Source of the DNA: a virus
Direction: 5' to 3' (one strand)
DNA length: 64,000 nucleotides
Virus record (IMG/VR): IMGVR_UViG_3300043465_002420
Made by a program: the position numbers and the translations under genes. Under the pieces are notes generated by a model. That model was not told the origin of the DNA. It was given only the letters and a program-made list of their open reading frames with translations, and did not search any database. Every line of letters starts with the position of its first letter. Within the stretch, counting starts at the first letter, position 1. Positions 9,510 through 19,724 of this stretch are shown here, in pieces.

Positions 9510-9978
9510 TTTGTGAAATTAAAATTCCATTTTGATGATCTATTTCATGTTGATAGATGATAGCATTGAAATTATCAACATCTTCCTCAAATTCACTAAT
9601 TACAAGCATCGGATCATTGTCAGAAACCAATAACTTTTTGCCTTTTATCTTGATTTTTTCAAATCTTTCAACTTCGTATCTTTGAAGATTTCCATTAGAA
9701 TCCTTTAAAGATAGACATCCCTCAATGGACTTGAGCTTTTCTCCAAAGCCTTCATAACTACAATGAAAAAAATATTCATTTTTTTTAAAATTAATGATGA
9801 CAAAAAAATCATATGGAATTCCAACTTGAACCGCTGATAATCCTACCCCATTATTGTCGAGGCAAATTTGCTCCATATGCATCCCAAGTTTGTATAAATC
9901 CAAAAGATTATCAATTGGAGTTACACATGCCAGAGGAATATCTTTGGTGTCTACTAATCGCAAAAACTTAAAGTCCAT
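9478..9978 (-). CDS. def: peptide deformylase
   Basis: All three PDF motifs: GVGLSAVQ, EGCLS, QHEIDH. Confidence 0.95.
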   Translation of the reverse strand: MDFKFLRLVDTKDIPLACVTPIDNLLDLYKLGMHMEQICLDNNGVGLSAVQVGIPYDFFVIINFKKNEYFFHCSYEGFGEKLKSIEGCLSLKDSNGNLQRYEVERFEKIKIKGKKLLVSDNDPMLVISEFEEDVDNFNAIIYQHEIDHQNGILISQIGKPIYIHRN

Positions 9979-9979
9979 A

Positions 9980-10243
9980 TCAGTCCTTTAAAGATGATAA
10001 AGTTTTTATAATTAGCTCTACTCTTTGGTCGATCCAACTCTTTAACATGTCTTTTTCTTTGCGAAGATCTTTTGGAATCTTCAAAACAACCATGTCAACA
10101 TTATCCTCTTCATTTAAGAATTTGTCTGCTAAATCACGAATCAATTTAGAAACAGACACATCCCTTTTTTTTGCCACAATCTTTAGCCTGTCTTGGATAT
10201 CTAAGTCCATAGACAAGCTCATGATATTAACTTTCTTAGCCAT
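9980..10243 (-). CDS. ribbon-helix-helix (CopG-like) DNA-binding protein
   Basis: IMSLSMD-LDIQDRLKIVAKKRDVSVSKLIRDLADKFL fits the RHH pattern. Confidence 0.7.
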   Translation of the reverse strand: MAKKVNIMSLSMDLDIQDRLKIVAKKRDVSVSKLIRDLADKFLNEEDNVDMVVLKIPKDLRKEKDMLKSWIDQRVELIIKTLSSLKD

Positions 10244-10251
10244 AAAATCTC

Positions 10252-10542
10252 CTATACTTTTTTGTTTCTACGAAAAGGCTTATTATCTTTCTTTTCAGTT
10301 TTTCGATTAGGAAAATTTTCTCGCAACTTCATTTTAAGTCTTTGAAGTTCTGCATCTCTTTTCTTTTTTCTCTTTTTCCTAGACTCACTTTCATAAAACT
10401 CATGCTCTTTATAATCATGCAGAACCCCAGCATCTGTTACTGCTTTTTTAAAAGTTGCAAACATTCTTCTAAATGCAATTTCTCTTTCATCTCTAGAGCA
10501 ATTTGGATGCATATCCCTTAGTTCCACTCTTACATTTCTCAT
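10252..10542 (-). CDS. rpsU: ribosomal protein bS21 homolog
   Basis: VRVE...EIAFRRMFATFKKAVTDAGVLHDYKEHEFYESESRKKRKKK matches bS21 (E.ALRRFKR....G...E.R.REFYEKPS..RK). Confidence 0.8.
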   Translation of the reverse strand: MRNVRVELRDMHPNCSRDEREIAFRRMFATFKKAVTDAGVLHDYKEHEFYESESRKKRKKKRDAELQRLKMKLRENFPNRKTEKKDNKPFRRNKKV

Positions 10543-10551
10543 AAAAACACC

Positions 10552-11688
10552 TTAATCCCTATTTATTTTAAATAATTTTTTACCCAACTTTATGGTTTCT
10601 ATAGTTCTAACGCTTTCTTTATAGGAAACCTTTTTCCAACTTTCAGAAGTTGTTGGCCATAATTCACGATCTAATTCTGGTAGGAATTTATTTAATCGAT
10701 TAACTATGTTCTGCAAAATATCACCATTCCAACTTTGAATATTTCCATCTTTTATAATAGTAGAAAATGTAAAAATATATTGCTTTGGTAATTCTGAAGC
10801 GCACATATCATCACATTCGTATTCTTTAAGATTGTTAAATCTCGATCTTTCATCAATACATAAAAATGGAGTTCTAGCCATTATTGCAAATCGTGATATG
10901 CCATTAAAAATATCCAGAACACATCCACTTAATCTCATCGCAGAAAGAATCTTACTTATATCTTTATCATTTATAAAAAGACAAGAATCTAAAAGTTCTG
11001 AAGATATGTCATATGTAAAATTATTTTGCCATATTATTGGAACAAAATTTTCACTTATTAGTTTTTTAGCAAGCTGTATATAAAAATCTTTAGTTGCTTT
11101 AAAGTTTCTAGATTTGCCATTATGCCACTGTTTGCAATAAATAGTTGGAGAAAACAAAACTTTAAATCCCGCCATCAAATTTGCTTGTTTTGTAAATTCT
11201 TTTCCCAATATAGAAGACGAAGGAACAAAAGGTAGAAATGTTTCTATTGGATTGCTAGAAAATTCTTTTTTAAACCCTTTATTACAAGGCAAAAAAACAT
11301 CTTTAATATCAATTACACTTCTAAAAAACTCATTCAAATTTCTTGTGTAAATACTTGCAATGTCTGATGTGTTTTGAAACCCATCAGATTTCTCATACAT
11401 TCTTGATAATTGAGATTCATCCGAAAATCCCCAATACTCATCAACATAAGGAAACAAACTTGCATTGCCTGGCCAAGAACATAAAATGAAATATCTACTA
11501 GATTTAAATTGTTTCTTGTAATTGTGCAAAAGAAAAGAAGATAACAAAAATGTATTTCTATAATCACCAAAAAAAGGAAGAACACAAATGTCATTAAATT
11601 CTGTAGGAATATTATTTTCATGGTATCTTTCTCTTTCATAGCCGTTTCTATGGGAGGCTCTTTTTAAGAAATCTGATACTGAGTTCAA
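10552..11688 (-). CDS. putative GT-B fold glycosyltransferase-like protein
   Basis: VLPFFGD, YVDEYW, LSGCVLDIFNGISRFAIMARTPFL resemble GT9-type C-terminal motifs; TTG start overlapping the upstream stop. Confidence 0.4.
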   Translation of the reverse strand: MNSVSDFLKRASHRNGYERERYHENNIPTEFNDICVLPFFGDYRNTFLLSSFLLHNYKKQFKSSRYFILCSWPGNASLFPYVDEYWGFSDESQLSRMYEKSDGFQNTSDIASIYTRNLNEFFRSVIDIKDVFLPCNKGFKKEFSSNPIETFLPFVPSSSILGKEFTKQANLMAGFKVLFSPTIYCKQWHNGKSRNFKATKDFYIQLAKKLISENFVPIIWQNNFTYDISSELLDSCLFINDKDISKILSAMRLSGCVLDIFNGISRFAIMARTPFLCIDERSRFNNLKEYECDDMCASELPKQYIFTFSTIIKDGNIQSWNGDILQNIVNRLNKFLPELDRELWPTTSESWKKVSYKESVRTIETIKLGKKLFKINRD

Positions 11689-12815
11689 TTTTTACCCCAC
11701 CAATAATTTAACTTCTTCATATTTCCCTCTACAACAGGTTTGTTGTCTACCATACCTACTATAGTTTCAAAATTTTTATTTATAATTTCATTTATAGATT
11801 GTTCACAATATAAAATGCCAGTTTCTTCGTTTTCTGCTAAATTTTGGAAGTTGGCAATTACTATTTTCTTTTTGTCATAATCAGTCGTTAGAACAATTCT
11901 CATTCCTTCTTGGCCATTTCCAACAAGCTGATCAGCACTCTCAAATAATATCCATGGAGTTTTCACCATAGATGCCAAACGAGTGGAAGCTGTATAAAAC
12001 TGTATTGTAAAAATACACTGCGAAATAATAGCAAGCGTTAATTCTAAATCTCTTGATTCATCACGAGTAGTAAAATCAAGAATTGTTGGATCTGGACACT
12101 TGTGAACGCTTTGTTTTTCTCCCATCCAAATTGGGTTATATCCCATTCTTCTTAATAGATTTATAAGCTTTACATAAAAATTAATCGATAAATTTCTGCC
12201 GTATCTAGTTCTATTTCTTGCAAATATGGCAACTGTATTTTCCTTCAATAGTGACTTGGCATAATTTTTCTTTTCTTGTGTAGGATCTGGAATTTTCCAT
12301 AATCTCTTCTTACTTGCTTCTAAATCGCCAAAAAGTGGCCTCACAAGATTACTACTTTTGCACTTATCGCAAACTGCATTTATATGTTCCTTTGTGTAAA
12401 AAAAACTATTACATGCAACACAATAATATTCAACGCACAACTTAGACATCATTCCAGCACAAACGACTTTTCCTTGTTGTCCAAGCTTTATTTCTAAATT
12501 TGATAGGTTTCTACTCTCGGTTCTAAAAGCATCCGCATATTCTCTCAACCATTGATATTCTTCTTTTAATTCCCAATATTCATCAGCAATTTTACTGTAT
12601 AAAAAAGATCTTCCGTACCAACCAACAACTATCACATAACAATCAGGATTGCGATGTATTATTTGAGGAATACAATATGTTATTCCTATAGTCTCTACGC
12701 CAAATTCATAAAATGCTGGTATGAATATTATTTTTCTGTTGTCGTTTGGTTTTTTTCTATTGTTAAACTTATGAACATGAAATGTGAGTTCATCTATTTT
12801 TTTCTCTGGAAGCAT
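11685..12815 (-). CDS. putative GT-B fold glycosyltransferase-like protein with CxxC..CxxC insert
   Basis: IADEYW, IISQCIFTIQFYTASTRLASMVKTPWI (GT9-like); CVAC...CDKC; start moved to MLPEKK to avoid overlap. Confidence 0.45.
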   Translation of the reverse strand: MLPEKKIDELTFHVHKFNNRKKPNDNRKIIFIPAFYEFGVETIGITYCIPQIIHRNPDCYVIVVGWYGRSFLYSKIADEYWELKEEYQWLREYADAFRTESRNLSNLEIKLGQQGKVVCAGMMSKLCVEYYCVACNSFFYTKEHINAVCDKCKSSNLVRPLFGDLEASKKRLWKIPDPTQEKKNYAKSLLKENTVAIFARNRTRYGRNLSINFYVKLINLLRRMGYNPIWMGEKQSVHKCPDPTILDFTTRDESRDLELTLAIISQCIFTIQFYTASTRLASMVKTPWILFESADQLVGNGQEGMRIVLTTDYDKKKIVIANFQNLAENEETGILYCEQSINEIINKNFETIVGMVDNKPVVEGNMKKLNYWWGKN

Positions 12816-12853
12816 TTTACTTCTGCTTCCAGTCGCATAAGCATAAGGCTTAA

Positions 12854-13036
12854 CTAAGATAAGTTTCTTATTGGCATTTGTTTTGCAGTGTAACCGCATT
12901 TTGGACATCTGAATTTCCTGAATTGTTTGCATTTAGCACACGATTTATATTCAAATAAATCCTTAGTGTCGTCAGGATTAATTACAACTCTTGACCAACT
13001 GCACTTGACACATTTTATTATATTATTATTAGCCAT
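12854..13036 (-). CDS. small zinc-finger protein
   Basis: 60 aa with CVKC, CAKC, CPKC. Confidence 0.6.
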   Translation of the reverse strand: MANNNIIKCVKCSWSRVVINPDDTKDLFEYKSCAKCKQFRKFRCPKCGYTAKQMPIRNLS

Positions 13037-13454
13037 AGACCAACTTATTATACTTTAGCCATTCTGAAAATTTAATGTCTTTTCCGTTTTGTTTAAAAAT
13101 AATTTCAATCGTATAATCAAAATCATTCTTATCAACTATCAACAACATAGGACATTCTATGCTATTTAATAGATTTATAATTTTGTTTTTTGAATCTGAT
13201 TTTATTTTGCAATTTAAATGTCCATCTATACAAACAAATTCATCTTTTGACAAAAATGTAACTTCGTATCTGTCGGTAGTAATTATTTTAATTTTTTTTA
13301 TAATATGCATCGTTTTAGGATGCATATTATTTTTGTCTTGATGAGAAAATTGATTTCTAATAAATAAAAATGAAAAAATAAATAAAATAAAGAAAAAAAT
13401 AAAACAAAGTATTATGTTTTTTTTAGTCATTTTTTTTGAATTTTTTTCCATCAC
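13029..13454 (-). CDS. membrane-anchored hypothetical protein
   Basis: N-terminal hydrophobic segment; start uncertain. Confidence 0.5.
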   Translation of the reverse strand: MMEKNSKKMTKKNIILCFIFFFILFIFSFLFIRNQFSHQDKNNMHPKTMHIIKKIKIITTDRYEVTFLSKDEFVCIDGHLNCKIKSDSKNKIINLLNSIECPMLLIVDKNDFDYTIEIIFKQNGKDIKFSEWLKYNKLVYG

Positions 13455-14001
13455 TCAATTTATTTCCATTCAAAATATCACTTAATTTATCAATTTCATT
13501 TGTGATATTTTCAATTGATTTTTCAATTTTACTTACATTTTTTCCAAAAACCTCATCTCCCAACATCTTGTCTTGAAGATCATGAAGTTGTTTTTTCAAT
13601 TTATCCAAAGAATCAAGTTCTTTTCCAGAACTGAAGTTGTTAACTGGCTTCAATTCGGTATCTTTACCAATTGAATCAGGATAAACTGGGTTTTGAGCAT
13701 TAGCTGATTTTTTTACATTATCTTTTATTTTTTTTTTAGAGGGATTCTTTTCTTCGTTTAGAATACTTTGATTTCTAGGATCAAAATGATCATTCATGGT
13801 TCTCATGACATCATTCCATTGCCCCATATCATCTTGATTAATCTCAGTGTCAAAAACATTTGGCATTTGGCCAAAGAAATTAACTTGTTTGCTATCTCTT
13901 TCAGAAGCAGCTTGAGCATCAGATTTTCCAAAAATATTTTGAGCTTGAGCTTTATCCCATATTTTGGTTAACCTAGCTAGATCGTCACGCATATCAGACA
14001 T
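13423..14001 (-). CDS. hypothetical protein (coiled-coil C-terminus)
   Basis: Start reassigned to MSDMRDD with GGAG upstream. Confidence 0.65.
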   Translation of the reverse strand: MSDMRDDLARLTKIWDKAQAQNIFGKSDAQAASERDSKQVNFFGQMPNVFDTEINQDDMGQWNDVMRTMNDHFDPRNQSILNEEKNPSKKKIKDNVKKSANAQNPVYPDSIGKDTELKPVNNFSSGKELDSLDKLKKQLHDLQDKMLGDEVFGKNVSKIEKSIENITNEIDKLSDILNGNKLSDGKKFKKND

Positions 14002-14125
14002 TTTTATTTTCTCCATTAGTTTGACCAAATAATTTCTGTACTAAATTTTTTACCCATATTGGTTGTGGTAAAAAGTTCCAACCTATAATTAGGCCAGCAA
14101 CAAAAAATAAAGCATATATTAACAT
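13994..14125 (-). CDS. 43-aa membrane peptide (not in ORF track)
   Basis: MLIYALFFVAGLIIGWNFLPQPIWVKNLVQKLFGQTNGENKNV; AAGGAAGG upstream; stop overlaps the next start. Confidence 0.55.
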   Translation of the reverse strand: MLIYALFFVAGLIIGWNFLPQPIWVKNLVQKLFGQTNGENKNV

Positions 14126-14208
14126 TAAAAATACCTTCCTTTTATTTCACTTATATATCTAGTTTTTTTCAAGTAATTCTGATAAAATAAAGAAATAAGG
14201 AGAAAAAT

Positions 14209-15156
14209 ATGCCTCATCCATACATGGCCTTTAGTATTGAAGAGTGTGAAAGATTAAGTTTACTTCCCCAAAAAAACACTTTAATCATGGCAACATCACA
14301 AAGTTCCATGGATATATTTATGCTTTCTGTTTTTAGCATACTCCTAAGAAGCAACCCAGAAAAACTCGAACATCTAATGGTATGCATAAACGGAGCAGAT
14401 AAAAGATGTGGCGATCCAAAACTTCAAGATATAAAACAAAATTTCTTAGAAGAATTAAGAAATATGAAATGGAACGGCAGAGATATGCCACTTACTGTAA
14501 TTCGTGCATGGAGTCGCATTGGACATTCTCATTCTTTAGAAATGGCAATTCCTTGGGTTCATACTGAGTTTTATACAATTATTCACGATGATGTCATTAT
14601 CTTGCGTAAAGAATGGTGCGAAGAAGCAATTGAAAGTTTAAATGAACCAAAAGCAGCAATCTGCTATTTTCCACCTTTACTAAATGCTGGAGTTCTAAAG
14701 AAAATTTATAAAAACAAATGGATCTTAGAATTACCACATATAAATAGTGCTTTTTTAGTTTGTAAAAAATCTTCTTTAGTTGAAAGCGGAGCAAAATGGA
14801 TTGGATATCATTTTGAACATGAATTTAATCTTTATGATCGTGTAGATATCAAAAAATTCTTAGATCATCATTATGAATTAAATAATATTCAAAGTTTTCC
14901 AGTAATCGAAAAGCCATATTCTGGTGTTAGTATGGATATTGGATCTTGGGTTTACAATAATCTATTGGAGAACAAATGTGAATTTATTCCAATGGAAAAA
15001 AATACAGCAGTGCATCTTACATGTATGAGTTGGCAAAGTGATGAATTTAAAAATGAAAGAATTTCAATTTATAAAGATGAAATAAAATCAATTCACGAAG
15101 AAATAAAGAAAAACGAAAATTTCTTCTTACTTTTTGAGAAATATAAAAATGCCTAA
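14209..15156 (+). CDS. GT-A fold (GT2-like) glycosyltransferase
   Basis: SD AAGGAG; GHSHSLEMAIPWVHTEFYTIIHDDVII (DD motif in GT2 context). Confidence 0.7.
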   Translation: MPHPYMAFSIEECERLSLLPQKNTLIMATSQSSMDIFMLSVFSILLRSNPEKLEHLMVCINGADKRCGDPKLQDIKQNFLEELRNMKWNGRDMPLTVIRAWSRIGHSHSLEMAIPWVHTEFYTIIHDDVIILRKEWCEEAIESLNEPKAAICYFPPLLNAGVLKKIYKNKWILELPHINSAFLVCKKSSLVESGAKWIGYHFEHEFNLYDRVDIKKFLDHHYELNNIQSFPVIEKPYSGVSMDIGSWVYNNLLENKCEFIPMEKNTAVHLTCMSWQSDEFKNERISIYKDEIKSIHEEIKKNENFFLLFEKYKNA

Positions 15157-15916
15157 TCCAATACTTAACATAATTACCGCTGTAAGCCGTGAATTAAATC
15201 TTTATTATATTGAATATGAACTAAAAAAAATAAAAAATCTAGATATAAGATGGTATCTTATATTTGATGGAATTTTAATGACATCACTTAAAATACCAAA
15301 AGATATAAAATATTATTACGCAGAAATCTATAATGAAAAAAAAAGAGATTCTAGTGGTGCTGTACAAAAAAATATAGCATTATCTAAAATAACAGAAGGT
15401 TGGATTTATACATTAGATGATGACAATTCTATACATCCAAATTTCGAAAAAGAATTTTTAAATGCTACGAAAAAATATCCCAATAAAAAAGCCTTTGTTT
15501 TTTCACAAGTGAATTATAAAAACGAAATTATGATCAGTAGCAGGACAGTAAAACAAACAACAACAAAAATGCCATTTAAAAATTGGTTGGTTGATGCTGG
15601 TGGTTATGTGGTTCATTATGACCTTGTAAAAAAAACAAATGCAAGATATCTTGAATTTACACATGAATCAGATAGACACTTTTGGAAATATATAGTAAAA
15701 AATTGCCTTGATGAAATAGAATTTATTGATAAAGAATTATTTTTATATAACGCTCTAAGATACAAAAGGCATAACGAAGCACACATGAGTCACAATCCAT
15801 ACACCAAAGGAGAACAAAGGTATTTCCTTCATAAAATAAATAGTAAAAAACCTAATTATGAATTCCCAATATTTAAAGAAAAAATTAAAAGTAACAAAAA
15901 ATATATATCAATTTAA
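15149..15916 (+). CDS. GT2-like glycosyltransferase
   Basis: NIITAVSR, GAVQKNIAL, WIYTLDDDN; start set at MPNP. Confidence 0.7.
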   Translation: MPNPILNIITAVSRELNLYYIEYELKKIKNLDIRWYLIFDGILMTSLKIPKDIKYYYAEIYNEKKRDSSGAVQKNIALSKITEGWIYTLDDDNSIHPNFEKEFLNATKKYPNKKAFVFSQVNYKNEIMISSRTVKQTTTKMPFKNWLVDAGGYVVHYDLVKKTNARYLEFTHESDRHFWKYIVKNCLDEIEFIDKELFLYNALRYKRHNEAHMSHNPYTKGEQRYFLHKINSKKPNYEFPIFKEKIKSNKKYISI

Positions 15917-15922
15917 AAAATA

Positions 15923-16516
15923 TCAAGTTTTTTGTGTGCTTTTCATCTCTGGTACAAGTAATTGACTCAGAATAAGATCATTAATTTCTTTATCACCAAA
16001 TTGTTTGTACCAACCTCTTTTCTTACCAGTATAAACAGTATTTCCGTTTAAAAAATACTCAATAGCCGTTTTGCTTTTAAGGGCATAAGAATCACTAAAT
16101 AAAGCTTCTTTAAAATTGTTTAGGCCAATGTCGAAAGAGCATGATGATCTCATTAAAATCGTAAATAACGACCTTCTCATGGCGTAACGCAACCACCACT
16201 TAGAAGGCTTAACATATAAAATAGATTTTTTTTGCGTTGGCCCAAATATCGTTCTTCTGTCAAGATTAAGTTTCTCTTCGATTTTATCAAAAAAAACTGA
16301 GATTGATTTATTTCTTGCTACAGGATGAGAATAAAAAAATATTTTGGCATTGTGCATCTGATTATGCCATATCTCACGACAATTATACCAAGTTGACACA
16401 ACATATCTTCCATCGTTATACGATCTTGGCTTGCCAAAAGAGCCAATAGCTGGACGATATATGGAATCTACATAAATCATATCACCAAAATTATTCATTT
16501 TGCTTTTTCTCATCAA
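15923..16516 (-). CDS. hypothetical protein
   Basis: 197-aa ORF. Confidence 0.6.
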   Translation of the reverse strand: MMRKSKMNNFGDMIYVDSIYRPAIGSFGKPRSYNDGRYVVSTWYNCREIWHNQMHNAKIFFYSHPVARNKSISVFFDKIEEKLNLDRRTIFGPTQKKSILYVKPSKWWLRYAMRRSLFTILMRSSCSFDIGLNNFKEALFSDSYALKSKTAIEYFLNGNTVYTGKKRGWYKQFGDKEINDLILSQLLVPEMKSTQKT

Positions 16517-16985
16517 GACTATCTACAACCTTTGTGGTCATTTTACATCTGTTTTTATCAGCATCTAAAAATTCGTCTAAATTTTTAACACTTATAAGCG
16601 ACCAATGAGGATCATCCAATGGAACATATTCTTTTTTTGTGTAATAAAATGATTCCATTGTATACCTATAAACTTTATTCTCAACCTCTTCATCGGTCAT
16701 ACCACCAATTAAATCTTCACAAACTTCTTTACAAATTTTAATCGCATCTTGGTCTGTTGCACATCCTAACTTTCTCATAACTTGAACGGCAGCAAGTGCT
16801 TTATCTTTTTGCAAAAGATCTATAATGTTTTTTTTCATCATACCATCAATGAAATCTGCCCTTGCCATAAAACGAGCCATAATCTGACCTCGCTTTGGAG
16901 CAAATCTCCTCACATCAAAAAAATACTGCTCAAAGTTTTTTTCGTCAATAATCAATTCTTCAGACATTTTTTTCCTCTTTTGCAT
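16491..16985 (-). CDS. hypothetical protein
   Basis: 164-aa ORF downstream of dnaE-C. Confidence 0.6.
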   Translation of the reverse strand: MQKRKKMSEELIIDEKNFEQYFFDVRRFAPKRGQIMARFMARADFIDGMMKKNIIDLLQKDKALAAVQVMRKLGCATDQDAIKICKEVCEDLIGGMTDEEVENKVYRYTMESFYYTKKEYVPLDDPHWSLISVKNLDEFLDADKNRCKMTTKVVDSLDEKKQNE

Positions 16986-19701
16986 AATTTGAAAACTGTT
17001 CTAAAATTTCTTCTTCAGATAAATATTTATCTTCTTCAACTTCAGCAGGTTTCATCAAATATACCCTATAATCAGTTTCCTTCGTTGGAAACTTATAGAC
17101 CCATCTTTGATTAGGCAATTTTTTATTTTGCTCTAATGTGTATGTTGGAAACCCTTTATCTGGTGGCTGTAATCTTAATCTAACTAAGTTACCTTGTTCT
17201 AATTCTGAACCCCATCTTTTAAGATCGTCTTCCCAAATGTTTATTTTATTTTTTTCTCCCAAAGCATCTTCTACCTCCAATTGACAATAAGTTGTTCCTT
17301 TTTTACTTTTACACATTTTTTTAACAACTATTTCTACTTCAACTGGACAAATAACACCAATGTTTTCTTTGAATGCTTCGAATGTGTAACCTTTAAAATC
17401 CTTGCTCTTTTCCAAATTATGAGTCCAAGCAAATCCATAATACTTCATTTCACAAGCTACAATGCTTTTAAGTTCCTTTTCAAAATTTGGATCAATTTCA
17501 TAATCATTAGGATTAAATGCTTCGATAGTAGGTAACAATAATTTTTTAGACTCTTCAAGTCTTTCGATGCTTTTTAAATTTCTAACCCAAAGCTTTTTTA
17601 ATTCCTTTAACCTATTGAACACTTTATTAGTCTTTGTGATTTTATAATATCTTGTTTTTTGAACTTCAATAAAATCTTCAGTTCCTTCAATTGGAACATA
17701 AGTAATTTCCAATTTAGGTTCACCCTGACCCTTTTCACATTCGAATTTTCTTTCTGATTCTACCATTTCATTTACATCGTATTTTTCCCACTCGTCACCA
17801 TCAAATGGATTAGCTCCATGAAAACTATTCAACAATCTTGTCTCGTCAGGAAAAAGCTCTTTAAATTCTTCTTCGTATTGCGACATACTAACAGCGAATC
17901 TTTTCTTTTTATCTTCTATCTTTCTCGCACATTCTTTGTAGTGTTCGTAAAATTTCCACAATGTGATTGGATCAGATTCATTAAAACACCTCAATCCAAT
18001 CAAGCATTTTATAACACTAGCATCTGTGCCAAACTTAAAAAGAAAATCTCCAAATCCATTATATGGTTGACCAGAAACAATTTTTTCCGCTGGTGCTTCT
18101 CCAACACCCTTTATATTTGACAAGCCATAATAAATAACATCATCTATAAGCTCAAAATTTTTCTTAGACTTATTGATGTCAATCTTGTGCATCTCTATGT
18201 TGTGTCTTTTTGCTTCCATTTTATAGTCTTTAATCTTTTCGCTTAATGTTTCACAACTTAAAACGGCAGCATAAAACTCATGAGGATAATGAGCCTTTAA
18301 ATATAATAGACGAGAAGATACATAAGTGTATGCTACGGAATGACTTAGGTTGAATCCGTATTCTGCGAATGATTTTATCTGATCGAATAAATTGATTGCT
18401 TCTTCTTCAGATATGTTAAGATTTTTTTGACCTTTCTCTATGAACATAATTTCATATTTTTTAAAAGCCTCCGCTTTCTTTTTTGAAATAGCCTTTCTAA
18501 CAATTTCACAATCTCTGAATGGTATTTCTCCAACAACATTCAAAATTTTCATAATTTGCTCTTGGAAAACCATAACTCCATAAGTTTTTCCAAGAATAGG
18601 TTCAACAAGAGGATGCAAACTATATTCTTCGTTGCCCTTCTTCCTCTCAATATATCTTTCGTGCATTTTCATGTTCAAAGGGCCAGGCCTATAAAGAGCA
18701 GTGTATGCAACCAAATCCTCAAATGAATCAACCCCACCAGACCTAACTAATTTTCTAATGCCTTCCGAATCAAATTGAAAAATACATTTTAAATCGCCTT
18801 CATTTGCCATCTCTAGAGCTTTAGAATCATTACGCCATTTGATGATATCTGTCCAATCAGATTGGTTTGGCATGGCACAAATACTATCAATTGACTTTCT
18901 TCTTTTTACCAATTCACAACATTTACTGATTTGCATCAAATTAGAAATTACAAGTAAATCAAACTTAACCAATCCTACTGGTTGTAAATCTTGACCATTA
19001 AGACCTTCAACCCATGCAGATGCTTGTGGATTGTCTTTTCTCTTAACCAATGGAACAAGATCGTGTAGTGGAATAGAACTTATAATCAAACCACCAGCAT
19101 GTTGGCCCATACCTCTATTTCTATTTATAAGTCTTTTGGCTGCGTTTGATACATCTGGATACTTTTCACAATACTCTTTCAATTTTGGATATTGTGATAG
19201 TGCCACATCCCAAGTCAATGGTTTTCCCTCATCATCTTTTGCTTCAAGCTCTTTTGTAAGTTCAAGTATTTCTCCTCTTGCCTCTCCATGGACTCTAGCC
19301 ATATCAATCAAAGCACTCTTCATGCCAAATGTTGTGTAATTGCCAATATTGCAAACATATTCTTCGCCAAATGTTTCAGAAGCCCACTTGTTTTTCAAAT
19401 AATCTCTAACTTCAGAAAGATAATCGACATCAATATCTGGCATATCTCCTTGAACAAACTTAGGATCTTTATTGATATCAAAATCATCAACTATGCCCAA
19501 AATGTATGGAACTAAGATATTATTTTCATTCTTGGGGAATTTTTTCTTTTCTTTAAATAAATTCAAAAAATATTCTGACTTTCCTTGAATGTCAATTTCT
19601 TTAATTTCCCACTCAAGTCTTTTTTTATGCTTTTCACATAATTGTCTTCTTTTAAAGATGTGCCATAAAAGCTGTTCGATTTTTTGAACTGTCGTTAACA
19701 T
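16960..19701 (-). CDS. dnaE: DNA polymerase III alpha subunit, C-terminal part (palm catalytic Asps, thumb, fingers, HhH, OB); no PHP domain
   Basis: MPDIDVDY, GQHAGG, LVKFDLL, IFQFDS.G, ALYRPGP, TYGVMVFQEQIM, YGFNLSHSVAY, LKAHYP.EFYAA, GLSNIKGVG. Confidence 0.95.
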   Translation of the reverse strand: MLTTVQKIEQLLWHIFKRRQLCEKHKKRLEWEIKEIDIQGKSEYFLNLFKEKKKFPKNENNILVPYILGIVDDFDINKDPKFVQGDMPDIDVDYLSEVRDYLKNKWASETFGEEYVCNIGNYTTFGMKSALIDMARVHGEARGEILELTKELEAKDDEGKPLTWDVALSQYPKLKEYCEKYPDVSNAAKRLINRNRGMGQHAGGLIISSIPLHDLVPLVKRKDNPQASAWVEGLNGQDLQPVGLVKFDLLVISNLMQISKCCELVKRRKSIDSICAMPNQSDWTDIIKWRNDSKALEMANEGDLKCIFQFDSEGIRKLVRSGGVDSFEDLVAYTALYRPGPLNMKMHERYIERKKGNEEYSLHPLVEPILGKTYGVMVFQEQIMKILNVVGEIPFRDCEIVRKAISKKKAEAFKKYEIMFIEKGQKNLNISEEEAINLFDQIKSFAEYGFNLSHSVAYTYVSSRLLYLKAHYPHEFYAAVLSCETLSEKIKDYKMEAKRHNIEMHKIDINKSKKNFELIDDVIYYGLSNIKGVGEAPAEKIVSGQPYNGFGDFLFKFGTDASVIKCLIGLRCFNESDPITLWKFYEHYKECARKIEDKKKRFAVSMSQYEEEFKELFPDETRLLNSFHGANPFDGDEWEKYDVNEMVESERKFECEKGQGEPKLEITYVPIEGTEDFIEVQKTRYYKITKTNKVFNRLKELKKLWVRNLKSIERLEESKKLLLPTIEAFNPNDYEIDPNFEKELKSIVACEMKYYGFAWTHNLEKSKDFKGYTFEAFKENIGVICPVEVEIVVKKMCKSKKGTTYCQLEVEDALGEKNKINIWEDDLKRWGSELEQGNLVRLRLQPPDKGFPTYTLEQNKKLPNQRWVYKFPTKETDYRVYLMKPAEVEEDKYLSEEEILEQFSNYAKEEKNV

Positions 19702-19724
19702 GTTTTCGCCTTAAAATGAAAATT

